61,233 nucleotides of DNA, filler included, from 9 parts of 9 records of this genome joined end to end with filler, not necessarily neighbours in it; one strand, 5' to 3'. Numbered from the whole stretch's first letter, positions 9,031-19,712 are shown. Translations and numbers: made by a program. The notes: generated by a model not told the origin, from the sequence alone.

Positions 9031-11250
9031 TTACAGTTTTATATGAACACCCAAGGAGATAATCCGGCCATAATCAGGGAATCCCGGTACGGTCTGGTAT
9101 GCTTTATCAAACAGGTTTTTACCCTCTGCAAAAATCCGCGTCTGTTGTTTTTTTCCCAGTTTGTAGCCCACGGTTGCATCAAAAGTTACAAAATCGCCCA
9201 GCGGTGCTTTTCCATACTCCGCGATATAATCTTTATCAACAAAACGGTCGTTTTTATATTCGCCGGTATAATGCAGGTAGGCATTCACATCAAAACGATT
9301 CTTCTGAAAATTGGCTCCGGCATTGGCAATAAAATTGGGCATCTCATCGTCTTTTTCCCAATCGCCATCACTATCCACTTCGCCTTTCATATAGGTTAAA
9401 TTGCTAAAAAACGAAAGGCAATTTTTAATTACCGACGATCTGAATTCGGCCTCAAAACCAAAGTTTCTTTTATCTGTATTTTCGTAGAGTTCCATAATCT
9501 GGTCTTCGCCAAGGTCGATGGTTTGGCCACTGTATTCAATCGCTTGTTTTCGGTTCACAAAAAATGTGGTTAACGACAACTTTGCGCCATTTCCAAAATT
9601 TTTCACATACCCCAAATCTAGGTTAACTCGTGTTTCATTGTCAGGAGTTTCCCCTTCGTCGTTCAGTGCTCCTTTACGTGGATTTACAATTCCGGCAGCC
9701 GAAGAAAAATGCAACGACGAATGTGCCGGCAAAGAATACGACAGTCCTGCAGTTGCCTGCCAAACGGGCTTTTGCCACTCATCGACAATGGGCTCCACTG
9801 TAGAAAATTTGCCGCCGCTACCTTCAATACTAAACCCGCTCCACTCGGCGTAATATTCCTGAGTTAAACGGAAACCGGCATCGAACAATAAGCGTCCAAA
9901 ATTATGCTGGTCGGTAACAACTCCGGAAATTGTGTGCACCTCGGCCTTTTTTCCGGCGTAATAACGTTTGCCTTCGGGTGCAATCCAGTAATTGTACAAG
10001 GCGCCAAAACGCAGGGTGTTATTTTTGCTTAATGCCAGAGCATTTATTTGATTAATTGTAAGCTCCCAATCGGTTTCATCGTATTCCGTTACGGTTCCGG
10101 TTGAAATGTTTTCGCTGTGATATTCGGGGCTGCGGTGGGCGTAATTCACATGCAATTCGCCACTGTATTTTCCGTCGCTTTCGTAACGGAATTTATTGGC
10201 CAGCATTAACGATTTTATGGGATCGTAACTTTCTTTTACTTTTCTGAATTTCGCTGCGGCAGGTTCTATTGGCTGCACCAATTGTCTCATTCCATCGAGG
10301 TAAAACATATTAGCCGACCAACTTAACTTGTCACTCAGTTTCCAATCGAAATATGCGTGTGCATTATAAATATTTTCTTTCCCGTTTCGGTCTTCGGGCC
10401 CCTCTGTTCCCGAAGCATTTATTCCTGCACGGTATGCAATTTTTTCGGTTGAATTGCCATACGAAGCACCGGTGTAATAAGTATTCAGGCTTCCGTATTT
10501 GGCGAAAATATCCACTTCATTTTTACCGGGTTGCGCTGTTTTTACATCGATAACACCGCTTAAAGCGCTCAGTCCTTTTAACAGCGCTGCACTCGACCGA
10601 ACAATTTGTATTTCTTCAATATTCGAGCTATTGAAAAAGTAGGGCATTTCGTGAAATTCCTTTTGCCAAATACCGTTTATCGAATATGATGGATAAGGAT
10701 ATTTTTGCCCCCGGATTGAAAAAAATTGCTTCACCTTTCGGCCGCGTGTTTCGGTCCAGCCACCGGGAATGTATTTCATGGCATCGACCAAAGTAACCGC
10801 GCCTTGTTTTTGCATTTGTGTGTTGGTAACTTTCGACAAAGCGGGCATTAACGAGGCCTGCTCTCTAACCGGATTTTCAATAATCCGCGCCTGGCTGAAA
10901 TTTCCCAGAACCAGCACTTCGTCGAGCTTTTTATTATCCTGCGGAAGTGAAATTTCGAGGTTTATATTTTTATTTTTCGAAACTGTAATGTTTTGGGTTT
11001 GCTTTAAAAATCCCACCATCGAAACGCTCAAACGATATTTTCCTTCCGGAATATTCCGAAACTGAAATTTGCCACTTTCGTTTGTAACTGTTCCGTATTT
11101 TCCGGGGGTAATTACAACACTTGCCGAGGGTAAACTCTCCCCGCTTATTTCATCCACAACCACACCTGTAATTTGCTGCGCTATTACGGCCGGAGCAGCA
11201 AAAACCAACAAGCAAATTAGCATGACTTTTAAGTCTTCTTTCTTCATCAT
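9031..11250 (-). CDS. TonB-dependent receptor with an N-terminal carboxypeptidase-regulatory-like domain
   Basis: ITGVVVDEISGESLPSASV, LDEVLV, plug motif IEEIQIVRSSAALL..ALSGVI, C-terminal KNLFDKAY..PDYGRIISLGVHIKL. Confidence 0.9.
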   Translation of the reverse strand: MMKKEDLKVMLICLLVFAAPAVIAQQITGVVVDEISGESLPSASVVITPGKYGTVTNESGKFQFRNIPEGKYRLSVSMVGFLKQTQNITVSKNKNINLEISLPQDNKKLDEVLVLGNFSQARIIENPVREQASLMPALSKVTNTQMQKQGAVTLVDAMKYIPGGWTETRGRKVKQFFSIRGQKYPYPSYSINGIWQKEFHEMPYFFNSSNIEEIQIVRSSAALLKGLSALSGVIDVKTAQPGKNEVDIFAKYGSLNTYYTGASYGNSTEKIAYRAGINASGTEGPEDRNGKENIYNAHAYFDWKLSDKLSWSANMFYLDGMRQLVQPIEPAAAKFRKVKESYDPIKSLMLANKFRYESDGKYSGELHVNYAHRSPEYHSENISTGTVTEYDETDWELTINQINALALSKNNTLRFGALYNYWIAPEGKRYYAGKKAEVHTISGVVTDQHNFGRLLFDAGFRLTQEYYAEWSGFSIEGSGGKFSTVEPIVDEWQKPVWQATAGLSYSLPAHSSLHFSSAAGIVNPRKGALNDEGETPDNETRVNLDLGYVKNFGNGAKLSLTTFFVNRKQAIEYSGQTIDLGEDQIMELYENTDKRNFGFEAEFRSSVIKNCLSFFSNLTYMKGEVDSDGDWEKDDEMPNFIANAGANFQKNRFDVNAYLHYTGEYKNDRFVDKDYIAEYGKAPLGDFVTFDATVGYKLGKKQQTRIFAEGKNLFDKAYQTVPGFPDYGRIISLGVHIKL

Positions 11251-11260
11251 TTAAAAACAA

Positions 11261-12232
11261 CTATATATTTATATTTGCACTCGAAATTCGGGGAACCATA
11301 GGGCCATCAGCTCTCTTCGGAACTTCTAAATCTCCCGGAGTGGCCCCCACAAACTCTGATTGTTTCCCATATATTTTTATACTACTCTTGTCAATTTCAA
11401 TAAAGGCAAATAAAGGTTCTTTGTACGGAGCGGTATATTTTATCCATGGGTATTTTTCGTCAATTTCTTTACTGTAGCGAATAGTTTGAAAATCGCCGCC
11501 CAACCAACTATACGACATGCTGTTTATCTGAATGTAATAAATCTCATTTTTTTGCACGTAGTAATCGGTGTGATGATGCCCGCTAAAACAGGCAATTACC
11601 TTGGTAAAACCGGCTGCTTTATTTTCGGTTTCCAACACTTGCTGAACCTCGGCAGTATTTTCAATTCCATCAGCATTCTCCATACTTTGATGCGAGAAGA
11701 TTACAACAGGATTTTGAGTAGTTCGTAAATCATTCTTCAGCCACTCAAGTTGTTCTTTACAGATAAAACGAGGATACCCGGATGCCCTGTTTTCCGATGG
11801 ATTTTTATCGTTCCCATCGAGTACAACAAAATGAATTCCGTTTAACTCGTACGAATAATATTTCGATGGAGAATTCCAGTATTCCAGAACCGTCTCGCGC
11901 GAAAAGCCACCATCCATATCGTGGTTACCCAGCACATGATATTTAGCTTTTGGAAAACTATTCCAAATATTCATAAACGAAAGATTGTATTCGTATGGCC
12001 TGCAAAAATCGCCCAACTGAACGATAAAATCCGCATCCTCTTCCTGAACTGCAGAAACAAACGTTTGCAATCGTTGGTCGGCATCGTGCATTATATCTTT
12101 ATGTACATCGGCACAAACACCAAATTTTACTTTTTGTTGGTTTCTCGGGTTACAGCTAAATAATGTAGAAATGGGAAGTGTTAAAGCAAGACTCCCACTC
12201 GCTGATTTCATTAAAAATTCTCGTCGTTTCAT
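11261..12232 (-). CDS. Tat-exported (lipo)protein metallophosphoesterase
   Basis: MKRREFL twin-arginine, LFSC possible lipobox; ADVH, LGDF, GNHD, SH, GHHH. Confidence 0.88.
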   Translation of the reverse strand: MKRREFLMKSASGSLALTLPISTLFSCNPRNQQKVKFGVCADVHKDIMHDADQRLQTFVSAVQEEDADFIVQLGDFCRPYEYNLSFMNIWNSFPKAKYHVLGNHDMDGGFSRETVLEYWNSPSKYYSYELNGIHFVVLDGNDKNPSENRASGYPRFICKEQLEWLKNDLRTTQNPVVIFSHQSMENADGIENTAEVQQVLETENKAAGFTKVIACFSGHHHTDYYVQKNEIYYIQINSMSYSWLGGDFQTIRYSKEIDEKYPWIKYTAPYKEPLFAFIEIDKSSIKIYGKQSEFVGATPGDLEVPKRADGPMVPRISSANINI

Positions 12233-12253
12233 CCGTTTAAAATTTTCAAGTTT

Positions 12254-12353
12254 NNNNNNNNNNNNNNNNNNNNNNNNNNNNNNNNNNNNNNNNNNNNTTA
12301 ATTAATTAANNNNNNNNNNNNNNNNNNNNNNNNNNNNNNNNNNNNNNNNNNNN
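12254..12353. other. Artificial contig spacer (N44-TTAATTAATTAA-N44). The same spacer recurs at 19100-19199, 26197-26296, 31985-32084, 37177-37276, 42284-42383, 48010-48109 and 54164-54263
   Basis: Identical 100-bp N-run with a linker that has stops in all six frames. Genes are truncated and base composition changes across each one. Confidence 0.99.
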
Positions 12354-12440
12354 CCCGAGGTCTCTTATCGGGAATCCAGGGGGCAGGGGATTGTTTATCT
12401 CTCATTTCTATAATATCAATGTGCTAACCCGTTCCTTTTT

Positions 12441-15335
12441 TCATTGTGTCATTTCTCGTTGAATTCTTTTGCTCAAATCATTCAATGTCCCTCTAAATAG
12501 ATAGAGTTTTGTACGAACATAAATACGGCGATTGGATGGGCAATCTACCAGAGTTGTATTGGCACTTATGTTAGTGCCGGTGATTTTATGTGTCACTGAC
12601 ACATTTTGGGGCCAGACAAGCGAGAATACAGACTTTTTATCGCGGGAAAGCACAGCCATTGTGCGTTTGTCTAAATCCAACTGTTGTATATTTCTGTCTT
12701 TATTTGGCAATAGATCCACTGCTTTAATCCATCCTGAATCGTCCAGGATCCATGTTCTCTCGAGGTGGGGATCCGCAAAAATCGTCCCGGTTAACATGGA
12801 TTCAAACATTACATTCATGTCGAGCGTATCCTTGCCACTATTACCAATCCAAAACTCCACATCCACATCTTCTTCATTAGGTGTTAGACGTCCACCAATT
12901 GTCTTTTGGTCAAAATCAGACTGAAACCAGATGGAATGGGCTTCACTATTCGTCCAGTGATAATCCTCAATTTTAGAGATGGGGGCATCAGACATCAAAC
13001 CAGGTTCAGGCTGATGTGAGTGGGAACTTATCTCATACGGAAAAAGTAGTTTCATCGGTTTTTTCATCCACGGCGCCTGAATAAGGGCAGCCTGCTCTTT
13101 ATCAAGCGATTTCACCTGAATTTTGCTGTTTTTGTTCGTTTTTTCACCTGAAGACACTTTTAACTGCTGCGGAGAATTATCTGAAGCGACAAGAAAAACA
13201 GCACCGTAGGTTCCATTTTCTTCGCAGAAGACTTGTATACCATCCTGTTGGAAAACACGGGCGTGTGATAATTCCTGCCAGCCATGTTCTCTTTTTTGAA
13301 AAAGACGGGGCCAGCGATAATCTGTCAGACCGGTGAAAATGACAGGCACGAAATCCCGCCCGCCCTGCAGGATAAATTCAGCCTGATTATCATGTGCCAT
13401 AACAATGGTAGGAAAATCCTGACCTTTTTCACCCTTTATCATTTGCAGGATTTTCGGGGATTGATTTCCATAATATGCAGCTTCTTGCCGCGGTGTCTTT
13501 GCACCATCAATTTCCCCATATGGTAAAATGATAGCATCAAATTCAAACACATCTCCTTGCTGCAAATCCAGTTGATCATCCTGCGGCACCAGAAGCAGAC
13601 GGCTATCACCCGTTCGACCACACCACACGCTGGCTGCAGGTCCAACCGGGCCCGTCCAGTTTCGAAGAACAAAAGCATTAGAACCCTTATTTTCTCCATA
13701 TAAGGCACACCAGGCATTTTCTGTGGGTAAAGAAAAGCCCCGGACAGCAAAGTGGTCTGTTCCGTAATCTAAAGACCTGGAATCAAGGCCTGTGGCTGAA
13801 AAATGTGTGTAACGAAGGCGTTGAACCCATGTCGCGGCTGTCAGAAAACGAAAATTCTCCTGGGCATTTTCAATTGATAATGGTTCCAGCACCTCACACC
13901 GTACATGAATAAAATTCCGCAGTTCATCTTTTTGTGGCAGCTCAAAGGTACGAACAGATACATTGATTTTACCATCTGTGGATAAATAGTCCAAACAAAT
14001 ATCCATCCAGTTCGGCCCGGTGCTGTGATAGGTTGTACCACGATAAGCTAAATACTGCCATTTCTCGCCATCAAAATAAGAAAGGAAACTATGCCCGGCA
14101 ATATTGTCATGTTGTGGCTGACCCGCCCAAAATGTGGATTGACTCATAGCCCGAAAATCAGCAATAGCCACGCCGGGTAATCCGGCAAATTTAAACGGCA
14201 CATAACAGGTGGTTTCAGTCACGCCTGTTGAACTGTGGAAATAATCCATCCAGGCACCCAGGGAGGAAAACTGTTTCACCATATGCCGCCCCCAGTTCTG
14301 ATACAAATGCAAAGAAGAGACCGTACAGGATTCATTGGCAGCCAGAACAAGGGGAAAATACGTTTCACTAAAGGGGGTATCATCGGGATTGTAAAATTTC
14401 TCTTCTTTTTCACCGGAAAAATTTTTCGAGATTTGAACGGTCACAGGTAAAGGAAATCCGTCCTGATCCAGGATGGTCCCTCCTTCCACATGTCCTTTAG
14501 CGCCTTTTATGGTTTCATGACACACATAAACAGTCCTAGGTTTGGAATCATTTTTAAAACGAAAACGGACGCTTTCGTAAAAATTTGGATATTCAAAAAA
14601 ATGTCCTTGAAACGCACCCGGATTGTACGAACCGATCGTATAACATCCCCGAATAGTATCATACTGTAACGGAGTTTCTGAGTCAAGAGTCACCAGTGAA
14701 GCATCACCTAAAGGTGCCTCCTCCCCATAAAGCGGGAACGAAAATATTTGTGTTTTTTCTTTATTAAAATCCTGAAGATTGAAATCTCTGTCGATAATGC
14801 CTGAAACACGGAACATATTCGCTGAAAAGTTATCTTCCGCATGCCATGTAATGGCAGCCAGTATCTTTTCCGGATAACAATACAATGCCAGATCCCCTTT
14901 TAATGGCGCGATTTTACCGTTTTTATTGGCAAGTGTTATATCCAGCCAATGGATTTCACAAAAATAAGGACCACGGCGATACAGGTTAATACGGGATGGT
15001 TTTTCTGAGAAACGGCTAAAATATTTTTCATCATTGTCTGTTAATAGAGAAAATTCCAGCCACACTTGCCCGGTTTCGGCATCGACAAGGTGATGTGGCT
15101 TTTGTAATTGACCCAGCAGATGATAGTCCTGAGCCAGGATCTCAAATGCCTCTCTTGATCCATCCGTATAGCGTACTTCCAGGGAAGGACGATTGGTTAT
15201 CGGCTGCCGGTTAAAATCATTTTGCCATACAAGTTCATTTTGATTAGAAATTTGTTTTGCATAGGAACTATTTCCGAAAAAAAGTGCCATACTGGTAAGA
15301 AAAATCACAAAAACATGACGGGAATATGATATCAT
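12441..15335 (-). CDS. Large secreted hypothetical protein (964 aa)
   Basis: Uninterrupted ORF, signal peptide, GAGG Shine-Dalgarno-like sequence upstream; no family recognised. Confidence 0.8.
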   Translation of the reverse strand: MISYSRHVFVIFLTSMALFFGNSSYAKQISNQNELVWQNDFNRQPITNRPSLEVRYTDGSREAFEILAQDYHLLGQLQKPHHLVDAETGQVWLEFSLLTDNDEKYFSRFSEKPSRINLYRRGPYFCEIHWLDITLANKNGKIAPLKGDLALYCYPEKILAAITWHAEDNFSANMFRVSGIIDRDFNLQDFNKEKTQIFSFPLYGEEAPLGDASLVTLDSETPLQYDTIRGCYTIGSYNPGAFQGHFFEYPNFYESVRFRFKNDSKPRTVYVCHETIKGAKGHVEGGTILDQDGFPLPVTVQISKNFSGEKEEKFYNPDDTPFSETYFPLVLAANESCTVSSLHLYQNWGRHMVKQFSSLGAWMDYFHSSTGVTETTCYVPFKFAGLPGVAIADFRAMSQSTFWAGQPQHDNIAGHSFLSYFDGEKWQYLAYRGTTYHSTGPNWMDICLDYLSTDGKINVSVRTFELPQKDELRNFIHVRCEVLEPLSIENAQENFRFLTAATWVQRLRYTHFSATGLDSRSLDYGTDHFAVRGFSLPTENAWCALYGENKGSNAFVLRNWTGPVGPAASVWCGRTGDSRLLLVPQDDQLDLQQGDVFEFDAIILPYGEIDGAKTPRQEAAYYGNQSPKILQMIKGEKGQDFPTIVMAHDNQAEFILQGGRDFVPVIFTGLTDYRWPRLFQKREHGWQELSHARVFQQDGIQVFCEENGTYGAVFLVASDNSPQQLKVSSGEKTNKNSKIQVKSLDKEQAALIQAPWMKKPMKLLFPYEISSHSHQPEPGLMSDAPISKIEDYHWTNSEAHSIWFQSDFDQKTIGGRLTPNEEDVDVEFWIGNSGKDTLDMNVMFESMLTGTIFADPHLERTWILDDSGWIKAVDLLPNKDRNIQQLDLDKRTMAVLSRDKKSVFSLVWPQNVSVTHKITGTNISANTTLVDCPSNRRIYVRTKLYLFRGTLNDLSKRIQREMTQ

Positions 15336-15672
15336 GTGAGGCCTCTCATTTATGTTTGTATGTGGACTGTTTTCAGGAAAAGGAAAACAATGACCCGGAA
15401 AATTTTATAATCAATACCAATTTTAATTTTTTCATGCTGAATGTATTAATAATAGATATTCATATCAAGTACATACCTTGATAAACCAACTGAAACAATG
15501 GAGTAAAAGTTATCACTAAAATTATAAAGATTGAAAAAATAATTGAATATAAACGATAATTGCTTAACTTTTACTTTATCCATAGTTAACTATTCGTTTT
15601 CAGGAAGAGATCAAACAAAGAATCATTTTTCGATTGACCAGACTTTTTTTCACAGGCTCTATAAGGATCATA

Positions 15673-17820
15673 ATGTTTTTCTCCAGAATCAGACTTGCTC
15701 GATATCTTTTGCCCATTTTCTTTTGTGTTTTGTCCTTTTCACAAGCCGTCAGATCCCAGGGATCCGCTACAGATGACATTTCAACTCTCAAGGCTCGTAT
15801 CATCCACCCTCTTCTCTCAGAGACTGTTGATAAAAACAAGGTAAATCAACTCCTCAAAACGATGGATCCGAAAGGCTTTTGGCCGGAAATAGACTACCAG
15901 GATTCGACCCCGTCTGCCTGGAAACCACCGGCTCATCTCACACATGTTCGTTTACTGGCTCTTGCTTACCAATCGCACCAATCACCTTTTTATAAAAATC
16001 CAACACTCAAAAAAGCTGTTCTTGCCAGTCTGGATTATTGGCTCCAACACGATTTTCAAAATCCAAACTGGTGGTGGAACGTGATTGGTGTGCCGCGATC
16101 TTTGGGAGTCATTTTACTGACTCTGGAGGCAGAACTGTCAACTGAGCAAAAGCGGATGGGAATTGGCATTTTAAAACGCGCGCAATTGAGCCGTACCGGC
16201 CAGAATCTGGTCTGGGTGGCAGAAATAACAGCAAATCGAGGTTTACTGGAAAACGATCCGGAAATCGTCTCTGAAGCATATAAACGAATTTCAGAGGAGA
16301 TCCGGATAACAACGGAGGAAGGCATTCAACCGGATTTCAGTTTTTTTCAACATGGCCCGTGTTTGTACAATCACGGATATGGAGCTGTTTTTGCATTGGA
16401 TTGCTCCCGGCTTGCAAGCATAGTGGCTGGAACTCACTTTGCTTTTCCACAGAATAAAATCGATATACTCGCCGGTTATATTCTGGATGGGTCCCAATGG
16501 ATGACAAGAGATTCTATTGGAGATTATGGTGCTGACGGTCGCGAGATCACCAGACCCAACCAATCAGCAGCTTATCTGGCTCAGGCAGCACAAAACCTGC
16601 TCAAACTGGATACAGGACGTGAAAAGGAATTAAAAGATCTTGCTGCCAGAGCTTCCGGAAAAAAGACAATACCGATGAAGGGGAACAGGCACTTTTGGCG
16701 CTCTGATATCATGACACATCAGCGTGAAGGTTATTATGTATCGGCACGGATGTACTCCACACGTACAGCCAATACGGATGAGCCACATAACCAGGAAGGT
16801 TTAAAAAGTCATTACATTGCGGACGGATGTAATCTTTTGATAAAATCCGGAAATGAATACAGAGACATTTTTCCTGTCTGGGATTGGCAGAAAATTCCGG
16901 GCACTACAGTTGAACAATCCGGGACTTTTACCGGTAGTCCACGAATTCATGGAAACCGGGATTTTGTCGGTGGTGTTTCAGACGATTTTTACGGGTTGGC
17001 TACCTTTGATTTTGAAAGGGATGGTTTACAAGCCCGCAAGTCCTGGTTCTTCTTTGATAATGAATATGTCTGCCTTGGCGCCGGGATAACATCGAAAAGT
17101 CCCGATAAAGTAATCACGACATTAAATCAATGTTTCCTTGAGGATGATGTCATTGTCCTCTTGCAGCATGGCAGAAAAACTGTATCGCAGGGAACACATG
17201 AGTTCAAATCACCACAGTTTGTATATCATAACAGAGTCGCTTATATTTTCCCGCAGGAATGTCAAATTGGTCTTCAGAATGATACCCGGCATGGTAACTG
17301 GTATGACATCAATAATGCCCAGTCAAAACAGGACATTTCCGCTGATCTGTTTTGTCTGTGGATAGATCATGGACAAACATGTCAGAAAAAATCATATGCC
17401 TACATTGTTCTTCCCGATACGGACATCTCCGGGGCAAAGGATTACGTGCAAAATCCGGATATAAAGATCATATCAAACACGCCGACCATTCAGGCTGTCT
17501 GGCATAAATACCTGGATCTGACTCAAGTGGCTTTTTACGAACCAGGAACTCTCTTACTGAATGATGGAACAACATTAGCCGTGGATAAACCGTGTCTCCT
17601 GATGATTCACATGAATCATAAAAGTTTTCGCATTTCCATTTCGGACCCGACGCAAAAACAGGTAGCACTCTCGGTCACTATTTCAAAGGAGTTACAGGGA
17701 AAAACCTGTCATTATGATGAGTTGAATAGAAACAGTAACATTATATTTACTCTACCAACAGAAGGCAATGCAGGGCAAAGCATTGTAGAGGAATACGACA
17801 TCATAAACGAAAAAAGATAA
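15673..17820 (+). CDS. Polysaccharide lyase family 8 (chondroitin/hyaluronate/xanthan lyase-like)
   Basis: NWWWN, TGQN, EGIQPDFSFFQHG..YNHGYG, GREITR, WDWQKIPGTT, ARKSWFFFD; signal peptide. Confidence 0.92.
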   Translation: MFFSRIRLARYLLPIFFCVLSFSQAVRSQGSATDDISTLKARIIHPLLSETVDKNKVNQLLKTMDPKGFWPEIDYQDSTPSAWKPPAHLTHVRLLALAYQSHQSPFYKNPTLKKAVLASLDYWLQHDFQNPNWWWNVIGVPRSLGVILLTLEAELSTEQKRMGIGILKRAQLSRTGQNLVWVAEITANRGLLENDPEIVSEAYKRISEEIRITTEEGIQPDFSFFQHGPCLYNHGYGAVFALDCSRLASIVAGTHFAFPQNKIDILAGYILDGSQWMTRDSIGDYGADGREITRPNQSAAYLAQAAQNLLKLDTGREKELKDLAARASGKKTIPMKGNRHFWRSDIMTHQREGYYVSARMYSTRTANTDEPHNQEGLKSHYIADGCNLLIKSGNEYRDIFPVWDWQKIPGTTVEQSGTFTGSPRIHGNRDFVGGVSDDFYGLATFDFERDGLQARKSWFFFDNEYVCLGAGITSKSPDKVITTLNQCFLEDDVIVLLQHGRKTVSQGTHEFKSPQFVYHNRVAYIFPQECQIGLQNDTRHGNWYDINNAQSKQDISADLFCLWIDHGQTCQKKSYAYIVLPDTDISGAKDYVQNPDIKIISNTPTIQAVWHKYLDLTQVAFYEPGTLLLNDGTTLAVDKPCLLMIHMNHKSFRISISDPTQKQVALSVTISKELQGKTCHYDELNRNSNIIFTLPTEGNAGQSIVEEYDIINEKR

Positions 17821-18614
17821 ATGACCGAACAGAAATTACAAAATATAAAATTTGACGGACCACATTCGATTAACAGGATATCAGATCTAAGAAACAGATA
17901 TCTTGGCGATTTATATGAATCACAGGAACTGTATCTCGAACTGCTTGTGCAAAAGTCGGATATGTTTATCATTACAAACCAGGATAAAGAAATTGGCTAT
18001 TTTATCCTGGGTGAGAACAAAATTCTATACGAATATTATCTTGTGGAGGATTTTATTCATTTTATAGATACGCTTTTTCAACAGATTGTCATTCGATTTG
18101 CAATTGAGAAAGTTTATTGTAAATCCTTTGATTTTCATCTCCTGTCCTGTTGTGCCGGTTATTTTAAGCATGTCAACGTGTTAGGATTTCTTTTCGGGAT
18201 TATAAGCCCCAAAAACTGAGCTGGAAAAAATTAACATCCCGCCCGGCCGTTATGCAGGACAAGGATTATATTGCCGCAATGAATGAGGAATTATTTGAAT
18301 CAGAAGAAGAGATCACGATGGTCATTAGCAATAGGAATATGCTTTTATTCGAAAAAAATAAAACGATTATTGGTTGCGGCATATTTCAAAGAGTCATTCA
18401 GGGACGCAACGAATTTGATATCGGTATGCTGGTCGATAAAAAGTACAGAAAACAGGGATATGGCACTTTTATAATACAGTACCTGACAGAATACTGCCAT
18501 AGTAAAGGCTGGCGTCCGAGTTGCGGTTGTGATGTCAAAAACAAAGCGTCAAGAAAATGTCTGGAAAAAGCAGGATTTATCACCAGGTATCGGTTATTGG
18601 AATTTCAGAGGTAA
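17821..18614 (+). CDS. GNAT-family acetyltransferase, one frameshift at ~18190-18196
   Basis: DIGMLVDKKYRKQGYGT and N.ASRKCLEKAGF. A -1 shift reads LFRDYKPQKLSWKKLTSRPAVMQ into ORF 18252. Confidence 0.75.
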
Positions 18615-18705
18615 AATAGCCCTTGTTTTTAAATGGCAGAAAAGTTTTTATTTTAACCATGTGTTTGATTCCTATTCACTGAACGCCAACAAGAAAGATA
18701 AAATC

Positions 18706-19099
18706 ATGGACAATTATTCAGAAATCAACTTTCCCCGAACCAGAATCGCCACCCTGGATGTTTGTGAAGTTGGCAGGAAAAAGCACCACATGGCAGCTCT
18801 ATTGGAGTTTGACGTCACGAATACACGACTGGCAATAAAGGATTTTCGTTCCAGGACTGGTCATAAACTATCTTTTACAGCCTGGCTTATCAAAACCATT
18901 AGCCAGACTGTGGCAGAATTTCAGACAGCTCACGCTTTTTTACAAACAAAGAGAAAAGCAATCATCTTTGAGGACATTGATTTCTCCATTACCGTTGAAA
19001 GAGAATATGAAGGACAATTGGTACCCTTGCCATATGTCATAAGAGAAACCAATAAAAAATCGTTTGTAGAGATAACTGAGGAAATAAGAGAGGCAAAAA
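18706..19099 (+). CDS. Stand-alone 2-oxoacid dehydrogenase E2 catalytic-domain-like protein (3' truncated)
   Basis: LLEFDVT, KLSFTAWLIK, ITVER..PLPYVIR..KKS..EITEEIR; no lipoyl domain. Confidence 0.7.
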
Positions 19100-19199
19100 N
19101 NNNNNNNNNNNNNNNNNNNNNNNNNNNNNNNNNNNNNNNNNNNTTAATTAATTAANNNNNNNNNNNNNNNNNNNNNNNNNNNNNNNNNNNNNNNNNNNN

Positions 19200-19544
19200 C
19201 TGGTATCTGACACACTTCAGCGAGTTCCATTTGATGCCCAAAATGATGGCTCTTATCAAATGAAAATCGAAACAGACTGGAAAGAAGGGCTTTCGGCTTT
19301 GGAAGCCCTCCAGTTTGTTGCGGAAGTAAAAACACATCGGGTTGGAGAATATGTTTTTGTAAGCGAAATAAACGGAATTGCAGGTATTCCGAATAAAAGT
19401 GTTTGGTACTACAAAATTAATGGCGAACCTGCGAAAAAGGTTGCTATTAATCAACCTGTAAAAAGTGGCGATGTAATTACCTTGGATTTACAAACAGGAT
19501 GTTTGCAGCCCAAAGAAGAAGTAGAAGACTGTAAAAAACTATAG
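19200..19544 (+). CDS. DUF4430 (transcobalamin-like C-terminal domain) protein, 5' truncated, probable frameshift at ~19482
   Basis: FVSEINGI..WYYKINGEP..GDVIT. Removing one T restores TWIYKQDVC. Lies upstream of the cob genes. Confidence 0.6.
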   Translation: MVSDTLQRVPFDAQNDGSYQMKIETDWKEGLSALEALQFVAEVKTHRVGEYVFVSEINGIAGIPNKSVWYYKINGEPAKKVAINQPVKSGDVITLDLQTGCLQPKEEVEDCKKL

Positions 19545-19576
19545 TAGTTTTTGCTCTAGGTTTAGCACGAAAGTGC

Positions 19577-19600
19577 ATGATTATGATTATGATTATGATT
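19577..19600 (+). repeat. (ATGATT)4 microsatellite
   Basis: Four perfect hexamer copies. Confidence 0.9.
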
Positions 19601-19632
19601 AAAACCCCCGGCTTTTTGAGGCTGGGGGTTTG
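19601..19632. terminator. GC-rich hairpin, possible intrinsic terminator
   Basis: aaaacccccggc-tttttgag-gctgggggtttg. Confidence 0.6.
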
Positions 19633-19654
19633 TAGCTTATAGTTCACTATTAAT

Positions 19655-19700
19655 ATTCACCGGGTGACTTTAAGTTCCAACAAACAGTCACCCGGTGAAT
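19655..19700. repeat. Perfect 15-bp inverted repeat (REP-like)
   Basis: attcaccgggtgact, 16-nt spacer, agtcacccggtgaat. Confidence 0.85.
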
Positions 19701-19712
19701 CTATGCAGAAAC

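Noticed and set aside
19545-19712. Cobalamin riboswitch upstream of cobU
   Set aside because: No recognisable B12-box or conserved core by eye. The region holds a microsatellite, a terminator-like hairpin and a 15-bp inverted repeat. An Rfam scan would settle it
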